The notes: generated by a model from the letters alone, not told the origin. Shown: positions 37,828-50,989, numbered from the stretch's first letter. The stretch is DNA of 64,000 nt from Utricularia gibba (GCA_002189035.1 CM007990.1:3720001-3784000); one strand, 5' to 3'. Program-made: numbers and translations.

Positions 37828-38826
37828 TCAACCCATGAAGGGACATCCAGAGCCAGCAGTCGAAGTGACAGAGGAGCCCTTGAGCAGCGCCGCCAGAAGC
37901 TGCGCGGGGTCGAAGAACAGCTCAACCTTCTCAATCAACTCCGTGCTCGGATCCATCTGGTTCAGTGCAATGAGGCATTGGTAGAAAATTCTAGTAGTCA
38001 AACAGGGCTGCTGTTGAGCTTGATTACCTGGAATATGCATATCCCATAGAGCTCAACCAGCTCGCCGGTGGGCGGATTCCCCTTGAAGTCGCCCTCGAAG
38101 TACCCAAAGTGCCGGAACTGAAATGCGATCGTGGGCTTATCGGAATAGACCTTCACAACCTCGAAAGCGAACCCGCGAGGAAACACTGTCCTGAACAGTC
38201 TGTTGGATCCCTCCAAAGTCTCCTTCTCCGGATTGTATATCCGGAGCGCCGGTGGAAGATCCGTTCGCAGAAACAGATTGTAGCTTCCTCCCACTCTCCC
38301 CACCTCCTCCATCGTGTACGCCTTTGCACCTGTTGGAGTTTCATGTGGGATTATAAGATAAGCCTTCATTATAGCAACACCCAGCACGTAACACGCACCA
38401 TTGATGGAGATGGAAAACTTATGAGGATCCATTGTCATGTATTCCACCGGGCGGTGGACCATCTCCATTTCCCACGTCTTGACGAGCTTCTGCACTCTGT
38501 TTTCGAGTGATCCTTCAGGCCAGACCTGGAGACAAAATACTTTCTGATTCTTTTCTGTGGCATAACAAATATAAGGCATACTGAATAAACAGAGCGGTGA
38601 AACATATCGAGAAAGCGAATTCGAACAGATTGACTTTGTGGATGCGCTTTCAAAACCTAAAAGCCGCTTGGGGTTTTCGGCTTAAGGTTTAAGCGATGTG
38701 ACTCACATTTTTTCTCCCTTCCTCAAAGAGCTGGTTGACGAGGTGGTAGTCGGGGTGAGATCCGCCGGCCCAGGCTCGGTCGACGTTAAGTCTGTACTTA
38801 TCGCCCTCTCCGGTTGCTGTAGACAT
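37828..38826 (-). CDS. 'Pathogen-related protein'-like (SnoaL/NTF2-like fold), copy 1. Exons 38826-38707, 38525-38399, 38329-38028, 37956-37828
   Basis: MSTATGEGDKYR...PDYHLVNQLFEEGRKN|VWPEGSLENRVQKLVKTWEMEM...|GGSYNLFL...FPRGFAFEV...FRHFGYFEGDFKGNPPTGELVE...IFQ|MDP...SGCPFMG*. Follows the barley pathogen-related protein family. GT-AG introns in phase. Confidence 0.92.
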
Positions 38827-41140
38827 TGGAGTTCTGCTGTGCCTTCGGTTGCTGACCTCAAATTCACTCCGCGGTCTTGAATTTAAAAGACCCTACCGAA
38901 AGGCCATGCTTGCGTGCACCGATTGGCTTCCGAAATTGCTGCTCTCGTTTTTCATGTGGAGTTCATGCTGAAGAAAAGATTCAATGGAGGGATAAGGTAG
39001 AGAGAGGAAATAAGGCAGGGGTTTGAGACATGAAAGGTTGAATTGTAGTTCAAGATATTTGACTTGTAGGCTCCAATAATTCATGAATACAGCTGATGCG
39101 GGAGTCTGGATTTGCACCCTATTAATCTTGGTAAGCATTGAAGGCGCATCCACATGTTCTACATAGATTAAGGTACTTGAGACCTTCGAAATCAAGTTGT
39201 GAGATTATCTAAAGAAACTTTTGAAGCGTATGTTTCGTATCCTGGGTCCTAAAGAATTTAATGTATTTAGATGTAGCTTATTTTCATTGTCTTTTAAATC
39301 TGAGACTTTTGAGATATTAACAATGGTTTCTTAGTTAAATTTTGATGGTAAAATCACCTCAAATTGTAACACCAACAAATGAAGAGAAGACTCGTTACAA
39401 CATTTATGTAGTGTATGATAGTGAAGACATTTTTCATCCAAAAAACCAGATGGTTCATTTATAAATTAACATAAACATTTCAATAACAGCAAGGAAATCT
39501 ATAATAAGTATTGTGGTACTGTATACGATTATGATAAGGATGGCTTTATTTTAAATGCCATACGGAACATTAGAAACAAGCATAATGATAAAATACATAG
39601 TTCATTGAGGTAGTTTAATGTGAATTTCATAAAAGACAATGTTTTTATTTTTTCGTTTGATATCAATGGTTCTCAAGTTAATTATGTTCATGTATTAATT
39701 GCTAATGAGAAACTTTTTCCAAAAATAGAAAATCCATTTATGAGATACTTTTTTTTTTATCAATCTAGAGTATAGTCTAAATTTGCTCCAGAAAAGCCAT
39801 TGAAATTGCAATAAAACATTTTGAAGAAAGAAAAACATATTTCATCTATGTTTTTTAATGCATGAAATACAAATTTCGGTTAACATGTGATTGTAGATAT
39901 GACACAAATGAGAAGAATTATTTGGTTTTAACTGCTTATTGGATTGGTTCTAAATAGATTATGCAAAAAAGGATTTGTGGATTTAGGTCTTTAGATTTTC
40001 CACACATGGATGCAAAAATAGACAAGTTTATTAACTTTATATACATTGCATATTTAATTCTTAATCATATCTTTAACACTAATTTTGATGTGCCTAATAA
40101 TGCCACCGCAATCTCGATATTAAGATATTCTGTAAATTCGATTTTCGGTGGTTGTTTATTGAAGTCAAAATATATTTCCATATTTTGAATTTATGTATTC
40201 AAGATACATAAAATAAAAATAATACTATTTTGTGTAATGTACATAAAAAAATGTATAATGTGAAAAGTTTAGCATAAAAAAAGTTTCTTTTAAGTGTTCA
40301 TATGATTTAAAAATTTTCCATTTAGAACTTTACAATGAGATTTGTCAATTCAATGGAATTCTACTTTTTTATGCTTTAGTTTTTTATTCTATATAAAGAA
40401 GTTGTTTGTTTCTATTTAACAATGAATATGACATATACAATCAATTGGGAGTGTCAAATGAAATAATGGAACCTCCAATCAATTTAGTAACCTCCAATCT
40501 ATTTTTATAATATGATTTAAAAATATTATAATATTATGATTTTTTAAATAATTTAATTCAGAATTACAAATTATATTCATATTATAATCAGCCAACTCTA
40601 CGGAGACGGGTCAAGCGATTTGACTGGTGAACTCATATATGACCAGTCATACTTTCGCATCTTTGCCGGTTCTACCCGTAACCTGGTAGACCAAACTTGT
40701 TTCCACCTCTAAACGCCTGGCACGTGGTTCTAGAAACGGTTATAATAAATAATTCAATAAAAAAACACAATGTATTTATTTTTTATTAATATTTGAAATG
40801 ACCACTTTTCCAAATAATACGGTTTACTACAGAAATATCCATTATCTTGATTTACTTAAAAAACCTAAGATATAAAGGTTCATTCAATCAATCACACATT
40901 TGGGTACCTTGATTTGAAAAATTATGAATGCATCGAAGTAATTTTAATTAATCATATTTAAATTATATTAAATTATTTTTCAAAATATTAAAATAAAATA
41001 ATTTTTAATCAAAAATTGAACATTCACAAAAGATAAACGAAAATTAAAACGATAATTGATGAATCATGATCGTCGAACTTTAAATAACAGACAACGACAA
41101 CAATTGATCGATGATGATCAAGCAATTTAAATGAAGATAT

Positions 41141-44100
41141 TGTTGATGCAAGAAAGATAGAGTATTGGGATGTAACAAGAAGGTAATGCCTATGAGATCA
41201 CCTTGGATGAAAAACGACTCATGAACAATAAGAATGACCGAAAACTCTAATTGACATGCATTCTTAGTAGGGTTTATATATACCCAATACCTAGGTTACC
41301 CAACAGTGGGCCACAATAATTGAAAACACAAAAAAGCCCAACAACTCGAACCCAATACTTCCATGCTCGAACCCAACATCTTTTTATCTGAAATATGACA
41401 TTATGACACAAGATTAATGCTTCCAATCACCTTCAAGCTTTGGATTGAGGCTGATCTCCAACACTCCCCCCCAGACTGAGATCTCCCAACTTGAGAAAGT
41501 CTTCCATAGTCATGAGATTCATGTTCTTCCTTGCTAGCTCAAACCGAACTCTATTCAAACCTTTGGTAAGCCCATCAGCAAGCTGATTCCCACTCTCAAT
41601 ATACTGCACTTTAATCTTCTTCTCCTTGATGTAATTCCTTATGACATGATACCTGATTCTTATGTGTTTGGCTTTGCTGAAGTTCGTCGGATCCTTGGCA
41701 ATGGAGATTGCAGCTCGATTATCCATAAGCAAATGTGTAGCTTCCTTTTGTATGAATCCAAGTTCGTTTAGCATCTGTCTCAACCAAACACAATAGTTTG
41801 AAGCATGTACTGCTGAGATGTATTCTGCTTCAGCTGTTGATTGTGCTACCACTTTTTGTTTCTTCGAAAACCAGACTATAGGGCTCTTATTTAAGAAGAA
41901 GAGTGCACCATATGTACTCTTGCTATTTTCAGCCATACCATAGTCACTATCTGAGTAGGCTCTAAGTTTCAAGATTGGTTTTTCACCTTCATAGGGATAG
42001 AACAATCCGAAATCAGTAGTAGATTTAATGTACCTGAAAGCTCTTTTCACAGCTGCCATGTGAGTTGTTGTTGGTTTGTTTAGGAAGCGAGATAATGCAT
42101 TTACACAAAAACAAAAGACAGGCCTTGTATGCTGGAGATAAATGAGGCTTCCAATCATACTTCTATAAGTAGTGGCATCCACATTCTTTCCCTGATTGTT
42201 CTCTCCAATCACCTGTTTGCAATCCAAAGGCGTTTTTGAAGGATTGACATCTTCGAACCCAAACCTTTCAAGAAGTTCATTACATTACTTTTTATGAGAT
42301 ATGAATGTTCCAACACCTTCAAGTTGATGAATTTCCATGCCTAGATAGTAGGACATCATTCCAAGGTCAGTCATCTTGAATTCATTTTTGAGTAGAGCTT
42401 TGAATTCCTCAATCTTCCTTTCATTACCCGAGGTAATCATAAGATCATCCACATATAAGCTAATAAATAAACGATCATATTCTTTTCCTTTAACATATAA
42501 TGAGTAATCACTATATGTTTTTCTGAAACCAATACCCTGGAGAAAGTTATCCATGCGTTCATTCCATGCTCTAGAAGCTTGCTTCAACCCACAAAGAGAT
42601 TTCTTTAGCTTCAATACTTTGTCTTCATGACCTGACACTTCGAAGCCCTTTGGTTGTTCAACAAAAACAACCTCCTCCAACACACCATTCAAGAACGCAG
42701 TCTTGACATCCATGTGATGCACTTTCCATCCATGAGCAGCTGAAATGGCAAGAAGTACTTTAATCGTGTCAAATCTTGCTACTGGTGCAAAAATCTCATG
42801 AAAATTTATTCCTTTGATCTAACTATATCCCTTGGCTACTAGTCTAGCCTTATATTTGTTGATAGAACCATCTGCATTCATCTTGGTTTTGAATAACCAC
42901 TTGAGGCCAATAGGTTTGAAGCCCCTATCCTTGGGTTTATCAACTAACTCCCATGTTTCATTTTCAACTATAAAATTCATTTCTTCCTTCATGGCCTCTC
43001 TCCATTTCGGATTTTGTACAGCCACTTCAAATGATGTTGGATCTCCTATCAATAATCCAGCCAAAATATCAGCTACAACATCTTGGACATCATCATTCAA
43101 TTTGGAGAAACTTATTGTAGGAGCCTTGTTTCTTTTGCTTCTTCTAATGTCAGTAACATGACTATCTTCATTATCTATTGAATCTCTGATGTTTTTGCGT
43201 TTCCTCCCTTGCCAATCACGATCAGATGGGTAATAATGTTCATCATCAGTATCAGGTTCATCTCCATCAGATTCATCTGAGGATTGGGTCTTCTGCATTC
43301 ATGCCTTGCTCCTCTTCTGGGATTTCGAAATTCCCATCTGAATGTTGATCATTGGCCTGATGAGTTTGTCCATATAGGGGTTTAGAGTTTGATTCTGAAT
43401 TCTCATTGGACGAGTCATCTTGATTTGTGACCTTCTCCTCCTCTGGAGCTGGAAAATTCTCATCTGAATGTTGATCATTTACCTGATTTGAATATTCATG
43501 AACGAGTTCTGAAGTTTCTTGGTTTGTTGAGTTCTTGGAAGAGAAATTTTGAAGCATGTGTGTCCAGAGATCTCCTTTCACATGGGTGCTATGCCTTCCA
43601 CGACTTTTATGAGCTTCTGCATCATTTAGAGAAATGCAATCATCAATTAAAGTATACCTTGCACCTTCATCAAAAGTGACATCATGGCTGAAGATAAATT
43701 TCTTCTATTGAGGTATATAAACTTTATATCCCTTGGTAGTGTTGCTATAACCAACAAATATATCAGATACAGATTTTTTATCAAGTTTTCCTCGTTTTTG
43801 ATCTAGTGCATGAGTAAAATACAGACTACCAAAGATTCTGAGATGATCAACTTTTTTAATATAACCATGCTATTTTTCATGGGCGGTTTTTCCACTAATC
43901 GCCTTTGAAGGAAGCATGTTCAATAGATATACAAATGTAGATACCGCTTCAACCCAGAAATTTACAGGAAGATCTTTCTCAAACAATAGGCATCTTGACA
44001 TATCAAGGATTGTTCTGTTTCTCCTTTCACATATACCATTCTGTTGTGGAGAATATGGTACGGTGAATTGATGCATGATTCCCTCATTTTCACAGAACCT

Positions 44101-46513
44101 TCTCATGCTATTATTGTAGAATTCACCTCCATTGTCTGATCTAATTATCTTCAAAAATCATCCACTCTGATTCTCAATCATCACTTTGAATTTTCGAAAG
44201 ATATGAGGAACTTCTGACTTGCTTTTAAGAAAGTAAACCCAACAATAACGTGAATAATCATCAATGAATGTAACAAAATATCTACTCCCCCCTAATGAAC
44301 ATTCCTTAAATGGTCCACAAACATCTGTATGCACAAGCTCTAATTTCTCCTTTGCTACTGAATCACTGGAATAAAAGGGCTTTCTACACTGTTTACCTTG
44401 ATGACACACTTCACATATGGTATCGGCAAACTTGATGTCTTTCAATTCCAGTACTTCCTTATTCTTTTGCAATATTTTCAGATTGTTGAAGCTATAGTGC
44501 CCAAAACGTTTGTGCCAAAGGCTACTTCGATCCTGAAGTGAGAAAATACAACTTTTATGATCACTGACCATGATTTGGTAGAGGTTGTAGGTGGTCAACA
44601 CAGCATGAAATTCAATCTTCGTTTTTGGATCAACAACCTTAACTTTAGTGGTTATACCACCAGCATCTTTCATCAGCTCAATATCAAAACCTTGCTTGCT
44701 CAATTGGCCAAAGCTCAACAGGTTCTGTTTGAGGTTTGGTGAATAATAAACATCATCAACTTGAACAATTCCTTCTTTTAGCAAGAGTAAAATGCTTCCT
44801 TTGCCCACAATGCCAATATTTTCACCAGTGCATATGCTTACCTCCTTCCCAATCTTTTCAAGTCTGCGAAATGACCTTATATCACAACATACATGATAGG
44901 AGGTGCCAGAATCCAAGTACCAGCCTTTAGCATCTGAGGCTACTGTCATTAGAGCACACTCATACTCAAAAGGATCTTCAAAAGATATTTCTGGCTCATC
45001 TTTAAAGTAGGTAAAGGATGCATGTGATTTCTCATCCCTGGAAGTAGCATTCTTGTTATGCTCAACTTTGATTGGATTTGACATTCCACATACCTTGTCA
45101 AGATGGCCTCTTTGATTGCATTTCATGCACAAAGCATCAGGCTTCCACCAACAAAGCTCACTCCTATGATTCTATTTGTTGCAATGCTTGCAAGGATTTG
45201 TGTCCAACAATCATCACTCTTGTGGTTAGATTTATCACAATGCCCGCACTTCTGATTACCCATCGTTGATGTTGGGATTGATGTTGGTGATTGTTTGATG
45301 GCTGTTGACTTGACATCCTTGACATTGTTAATTGCACCTGAAATTATATTCATATTCTACATTTTGGTGAGGAGAGCAATTTCACCATAAGTTTTCTCAA
45401 CTTCATAACCATCTCTTAGTTTCAATCTCTTTTCTGTAGATTGCAACTCAATCATGAACTCTCTAAATGTTGGCTCTGGTGTAACAGGATATTCAGGATA
45501 CAGCTGATGGAGCTTTCGTTCAATAATGTCAAGGATTTTTCTTTCTGTCTCAAGTGCACATAACTTTGGCTCGAATCTTGCAGGTAGGCTCATGATTGCC
45601 TTGCTAATCACCTTTTGATCCTCAAGTTTTTCCCCCAATCCTCGAATCTCCTTTACAAGCTTCGCAGTACGTTCATAATAGACTTGTATGGTTTCATTGT
45701 CTAACATTTTGTTCCTCTCAAAGTCCTCCAGCTTGTTTTTGCATAATATCTCTCTGAGTTTGGCATCTCCTTCATAATGGGATTTGAGAGTATCCCATAT
45801 TTCTTTCGCTGATTGACACTCTGCAATATCATCAAACAAATGTTTAGAGATGGCTTGATACAAGGCATCCATTGCTTCATCTTTTCTCTGTTGAAGATAC
45901 TCAGCTTCCTCTTGCTGTTCTGATGTGAATTTGCTTGTTATTGTAATAGCCGGGATCTCCTTTTCAACAACATCCCAAATCTTTCTGACCCGAAGGTAGC
46001 TGCGCATCTTTTTGACCCAGTTTCCATACTCAGAACCATCAAATATTGGAGGTCCTCTACCAGATGCCATCATAGCCACCGTTTGACAAGCTTTGGGTTG
46101 ATATTTGGTAATCCACTAAGTAAAAAACGCTGAACGGCAAATAAAATACTGAAACGAACACAGGTTTGAGAACCTTACTGCTCTGATACCATGTTGATGC
46201 AAGAAAGATAGAGTCTTGGAATATAAAAAAAGGTAATGCTTATGAAATCATCTTTGATGAAAAACGACTCATGAACAATAAGAATGACCTAAAACCCTAA
46301 TTGACATGCATTCTTAGTAGGGTTTATATATACCCAATACCTAGGTTACCCAACAGTGGGCCACAATAATTGAAGACACAAAAAAGCCCAACAACTCGAA
46401 CCCAATACTTCCATGCTCGAACCCAACACTTTTTTATCTGAAATATGACATTATGACTCAAGATTAGTGGTTCCAATCAACTTCATGTTTTGGATTGAGG
46501 CTGATCTCCAACA
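41141..46513 (-). mobile_element. Full-length Ty1/Copia LTR retrotransposon (5.4 kb), gag-pol interrupted by stops and frameshifts
   Basis: LTRs 41141-41463 and 46192-46513 (TG...CA). tRNA-iMet PBS TGGTATCAGAGC at 46180-46191. PPT GGGGGGGAG at 41464-41472. Flanks GATAT/TATAT (5-bp TSD, one mismatch). gag 45357-46079, protease WYLDSGTS, integrase FVTFIDDYSR / IRSDNGGEF / QQNGICERRN, RT HHMDVKTAFLNG / LYVDDL, RNaseH YSDSD / AEYIS / QLADGLTK. Confidence 0.97.
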
Positions 46514-47036
46514 TATATATGAAAATATGAAAAAATTAAGTGAGTAGATTAAGATTTATTCATTAGTTAATTAAATGAATAAATTAAAATAAATAAATAA
46601 TTATATCAAAATAAAAAAAATGGCATATGACGAATTTGCATCGGATTCATCATATATGCGCACCCGATGAATCGGAATTCCAAGTATAAAACTATACATC
46701 TTATGTTTATTTTTTTGATAATACATTTATTTATACAAATATTAATATTTTTTATTTATAAATCCGCTTTTAATTCATAATACTTTTATTTTATATAGCA
46801 CTATCCATCTTTTATTTATATAACACTCACGACTCAATTCAGTATATTATTTTTGGGAATTACATTTTTTTTTATCACCAACACCTATCGAGAATATTTT
46901 TCAGCTATTCATATAGATATATGGATATGTTTTTTATTTCTTTTTGGATGTTTTAGAAGAGCAGGTTTGGATATTACTGGCATCGCGGTATGGTTGCTTA
47001 TTTTTCAATATGGTAGTCGACGGGTGGAGCTTGGGA

Positions 47037-48007
47037 TCAACCTGCGAAGGGGCACCCAGAGCGGCCCTTTATCAACGGAGCCAGAAGCTGCGCACGATCG
47101 AAGAAGAACTCCGCCTTCACAATTAACTCCGACTCCGGATCCAGCTGATTCCACCAAATCCAACATCAGTATACAGTTCTTGAAAACTTGAACGAGGTTG
47201 TTGACAACTGGAGTACCTGAAAGATAGCATTGCCGTGGAACTCGACCAGCTCCCCGGTGGGCGGATTCCCCATGAACTCGCCTTCGAAGTACCCAAAGTG
47301 CCTGAACTCGAACGCGATGTTTGGCTTGTCGGTGTACACCTTCATGACTTCCAGAGCGAATCCACGGGGAAACGCCGTCTTGAATATTCGGTGGGACCCC
47401 TCCTCAGTCTCCTTGTCCGGGTCGTAGATCCTCAGCTCCGGCGGAAGCGGCGTTTGGAAGAAGAGATTGTAGCTACCCCCCACCTCCCCCATCTGCTCGA
47501 GGCTGAATTTTTGTGTCCCTGTCGTTGCAAGAAGCAAACTGACCAACTTTGATTGAGACAGTAAACCCTATCAACCTAGGTGAACCCATTCTACAAGACA
47601 AGATTTCCGAGTAATCTAACAAATTAGAATAGATAAGACAGGATTGTGTACCATTGAGCACAACCGTAAATCGGTTTGGATCAATTGTCAAAAATTCGAG
47701 GGGGTGATGGACCATCTCCATTTCCCATGTCTTGATGAGCTTCTCCACTCTGTTTTCTAATGATCCTTCTGCCCAGACCTTCAAACGAATACACAAACAA
47801 TACAGAAAAAAAATAATTTACAACTTACGAGAATAAAAAAGATCTTTTTAACAAAGTATGTATTGTTGCGTGCTGCACATTTTTCCTTTCTTCCTCGAAG
47901 AGCTTATTGACGAGGTCGTAGTTCGGCGGAGCTCCGCCGCGCCATGCTCTCGTGATGTGGAGTCTATACTTATCCCCACCCCCGGCTGCTGTAGAATAGG
48001 AAGCCAT
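47037..48007 (-). CDS. 'Pathogen-related protein'-like, copy 2. Exons 48007-47879, 47778-47652, 47518-47217, 47144-47037
   Basis: MASYSTAAGGGDKYR...GAPPNYDLVNKLFEEERKN|VWAEGSLENRVEKLIKTWEMEM...|GGSYNLFF...FPRGFALEV...FRHFGYFEGEFMGNPPTGELVE...IFQ|LDPES...SGCPFAG*. Same intron positions as copy 1. Confidence 0.92.
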
Positions 48008-48457
48008 TCTATTTCTATCCTCTAGAAGGCCAAGTTTAAAACTCAGTCGAGGTTCTCTCTCAACTTCATTCCACCCCGTACCATTATATATGTACAAGGA
48101 GGCCGATTTCCTAATGAGAATCTGCAGTATTTTATATTCCAACTTGGATATCAACTTGGCTAAAGTCAGAACTTAGATTAATGCGTCTTTAGATTAGGCA
48201 TTAGAAGGTTTATTAATTACAATTACCAGAGTGACATTTCCATTTCCTACCACAAGGCTATGCAGGATAATATAAATGCATGTAAGTTGCATCAGAGGTG
48301 TGATATCAGTGGATGATCTTATCCGAATGAGATCTGTTTAATGAACTAGGATGTTTGAATTGATCGAAAATAGGTTTATACAGTTATTCATTGTCTTCAA
48401 AAAAAAAAATTGATTTACTTGATCACTTTGTTTAGAGGGGTGTCAGCAATAAATAGA

Positions 48458-49201
48458 TGTTATGAAGGTACGAAAAACGTGAACATATTATAACCCAGAC
48501 AAAAGAGTGTCATGGAAGAAAGTGCCCAGACAAAAGAGGGTCATGGAAGAGGACCCTGATACAGGGTGCCTTGGAAGGGCTGCAGCCTTAGCAAAGAATC
48601 GAGAAGGAAGTGCGTGAGAATATATTCCCTTATATTGAAGACTCGGAAAAGAAGCGTTTTGGAAAATACTACCTCCTCGAACAAAAAGACTTGGGTTGTA
48701 AGGGCCTAAAAAGGTGCTCCTATAAGGTCGAGGCAATTCATATCCAACAAGATGGGTTTGAATAGAAGCCCTGGGTGTGGGGTACTTGAGAAGGGCTACT
48801 GGCATAGTAAGAATTCAGGAAGAAAATGCATGGGAAGCATCACCTACATGGTGAAGGGTAGGGCAAAGAGTACTCAAATAGAGCAATGCCTTAGTAAATG
48901 CGTTAGAAGCAAACGCTAGGGGATAGTAGGAGGGCTGCTAACAAAGTAGAAATTCTGGAAGCAAGTGCCCGTCTAGGAAGACAAAGGAGGCTGGTTTGAG
49001 AATTGTAGAGCAAGGATCCTTGCATATGTTGAGAGTCCAAAGAGTCTCATTGTCGAGATCTCATGATATTAGCCCACAGGTCCCTCAATAGTATCTTTTC
49101 AACAGATGCAAGACCATGGGTCTAATAGTGACATCCAAATAGCCACTAAGACCCTAGTGCATATGATAAGAAGGGCAAGTACCTGAATGTCTCTCATGAC
49201 A
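48458..49201. mobile_element. Probable solo LTR (Tat/Retand-like)
   Basis: Termini TGTTATGA...TCATGACA are a near-perfect inverted repeat. Internal ~31-bp tandem duplication CCCAGACAAAAGAG.GTCATGGAAGA. No matching TSD found. Confidence 0.5.
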
Positions 49202-49767
49202 TATTTTTATTGGTGTTTTAATTCACATAATTATGGTGATTTGTTATGAAATTAAAAGTTTTTTAGGTATGAAAGGATTTCTGAGAGTTGTTTCCATTCT
49301 ACGAATATTGTTAATTTTGTGTTTTAAAGTGAACTAAATCATTGATTTAATACACCCTACCTTTTGATATTTATCTTCAAGTTTGGCAGTAGGTTTTATT
49401 CTGAGCAGTCTTCACCAACATTTGTATGAATTCCAAGCGGAGGAAGTAAGCCAAAGAGAAAAATAGAAAAAAAGAAGGGTATAGTCTTTCGTGTGCACGT
49501 TTCACCATATTAACTACACAAGCATCAATATATTAGGGGAGAAACTTCCAAACAAGGAATGATTGCAATTGCAAGATGTGACAAAAGAGCAAGGAATGGA
49601 AAAAGAGAAAGGAGGGAAGTATCTTTTCATGAAACTCAAGGGAGGGGTGATGATTTTTTGAGAGGGATTTTCGAAGCACACACCATAACCCTAAGGGGGA
49701 GAGGGAATGATAAATTCTTAATGTCGTTCCAAAAATAGAACTTTCGTATCAAATAAATCATTTTCGT

Positions 49768-50952
49768 TGATAAATGAAAATTGTTAATGTCGTTCCAAAA
49801 ATAGAACTTTCGTATTAAATGAATTTATAAGCCTTAATTTATACAAAATATAAATTTAGAAAACTTATATAGTAAATTTCAAGATCAATCAAAGAGCAGG
49901 TGCTTACAAAGTATTTTCTTAGATGCGAGATCGTAAAATAAATGTCACTCTTAGTTTAAGATCGAACTAACAGCAGCACACAAATTCACTAAGTAAGATC
50001 TAGTCAAAGAGCATAAAGTAACAAGTATTGGTTATAAGTACGCGATAATACTAAAATGCCTCATGGATGTGTAGGTGATATGGTATAAAGATGTTTAATT
50101 TAATATACAATGTTTTTATACTCACAATTCCAAACAATCTAGGTCTACCTAGGTTATTTCTCATGTTTTTGCTTTAGATGGTCCCTAATATCATCACTCA
50201 TCCTACACTTAAATATATTCATGTGCGAAATATGTAGAACTAGATCTACTTGACTCTACTTGTTCTGCTAGGACTAACATCTACTATCCCCTCTTTGTTT
50301 TGTTGGTCAATCTTGAAATCAAACATCTTAGTTGCGAAATTGTTCGTTCCTCCCCCCTTAAGTATACTCGAGGAATGATAGAAACGAAAGATAATACACA
50401 ATCATTGATATCTGAGCAATTCTAAACCACATAATCATTTTACACCTTAAGACATTCTTAAGATCTAACAACTCATGTTCAAGAGAAGAAGCATGATTTC
50501 ATAAATATAAACTGAAGAGAACATTTCAAATATTGTTAAACAAATAGTGCTGGTGAAATATTCAGCAAACAAAGAAAATAAAGCATAATAGTTTTGTTAT
50601 CTATCAGTTGCTGTTCATAGCTTTGAATTGTAACACTAGGTTGGGTTTCAGTGTTTATTCTTCACATTGGAGATTTTTCTTTTGAAAATCATCTTCTTCT
50701 TCCTTTTTTTGTGTTCTTCTTGCACTTCCTGGGGTTCGGTCCCGTTCTCTCTCCAAAAATATCTTCACTTTTTCCCTATTTTCCAAATTAAGTACATTGT
50801 TCATGACCTAAATATACAAACCATAGGATGCATAAAAATACAAATAACACTATAATTAATAAAATATTAAAAATCATAATTAAAATATTTAATTTTATCA
50901 TTAAACATGTCAAATAATAACCTAAAAAATAGTAATAAAATGTGTGTTATCA
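49768..50952 (-). mobile_element. Athila-like solo LTR (~1.2 kb)
   Basis: Minus-strand start TGATAACACAC and end ...TTTATCA. Internal homology to the 33068 LTR (CTCCA.TGTGAAGAA, CTATGAACAG). Flanks TTCGT/TTCGC (5-bp TSD, one mismatch). Confidence 0.85.
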
Positions 50953-50989
50953 TTCGCATATAAGCAAATGAGTAGTGGGAAGACCTTCA

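Noticed and set aside
40621-40740. Stem-loop TGACTGGT/ACCAGTCA as a miRNA precursor, or the nearby CTAG as a Helitron 3' end
   Set aside because: The stem is too short for a pre-miRNA. The CTAG is not followed by T and no matching 5' TC end or Helitron ORF was seen.
4400-48007. A plant biosynthetic gene cluster (LCYB fragment, GT8, PR-like proteins)
   Set aside because: The genes belong to unrelated pathways, LCYB is a dead fragment, and no scaffold-forming enzyme or P450 is present.
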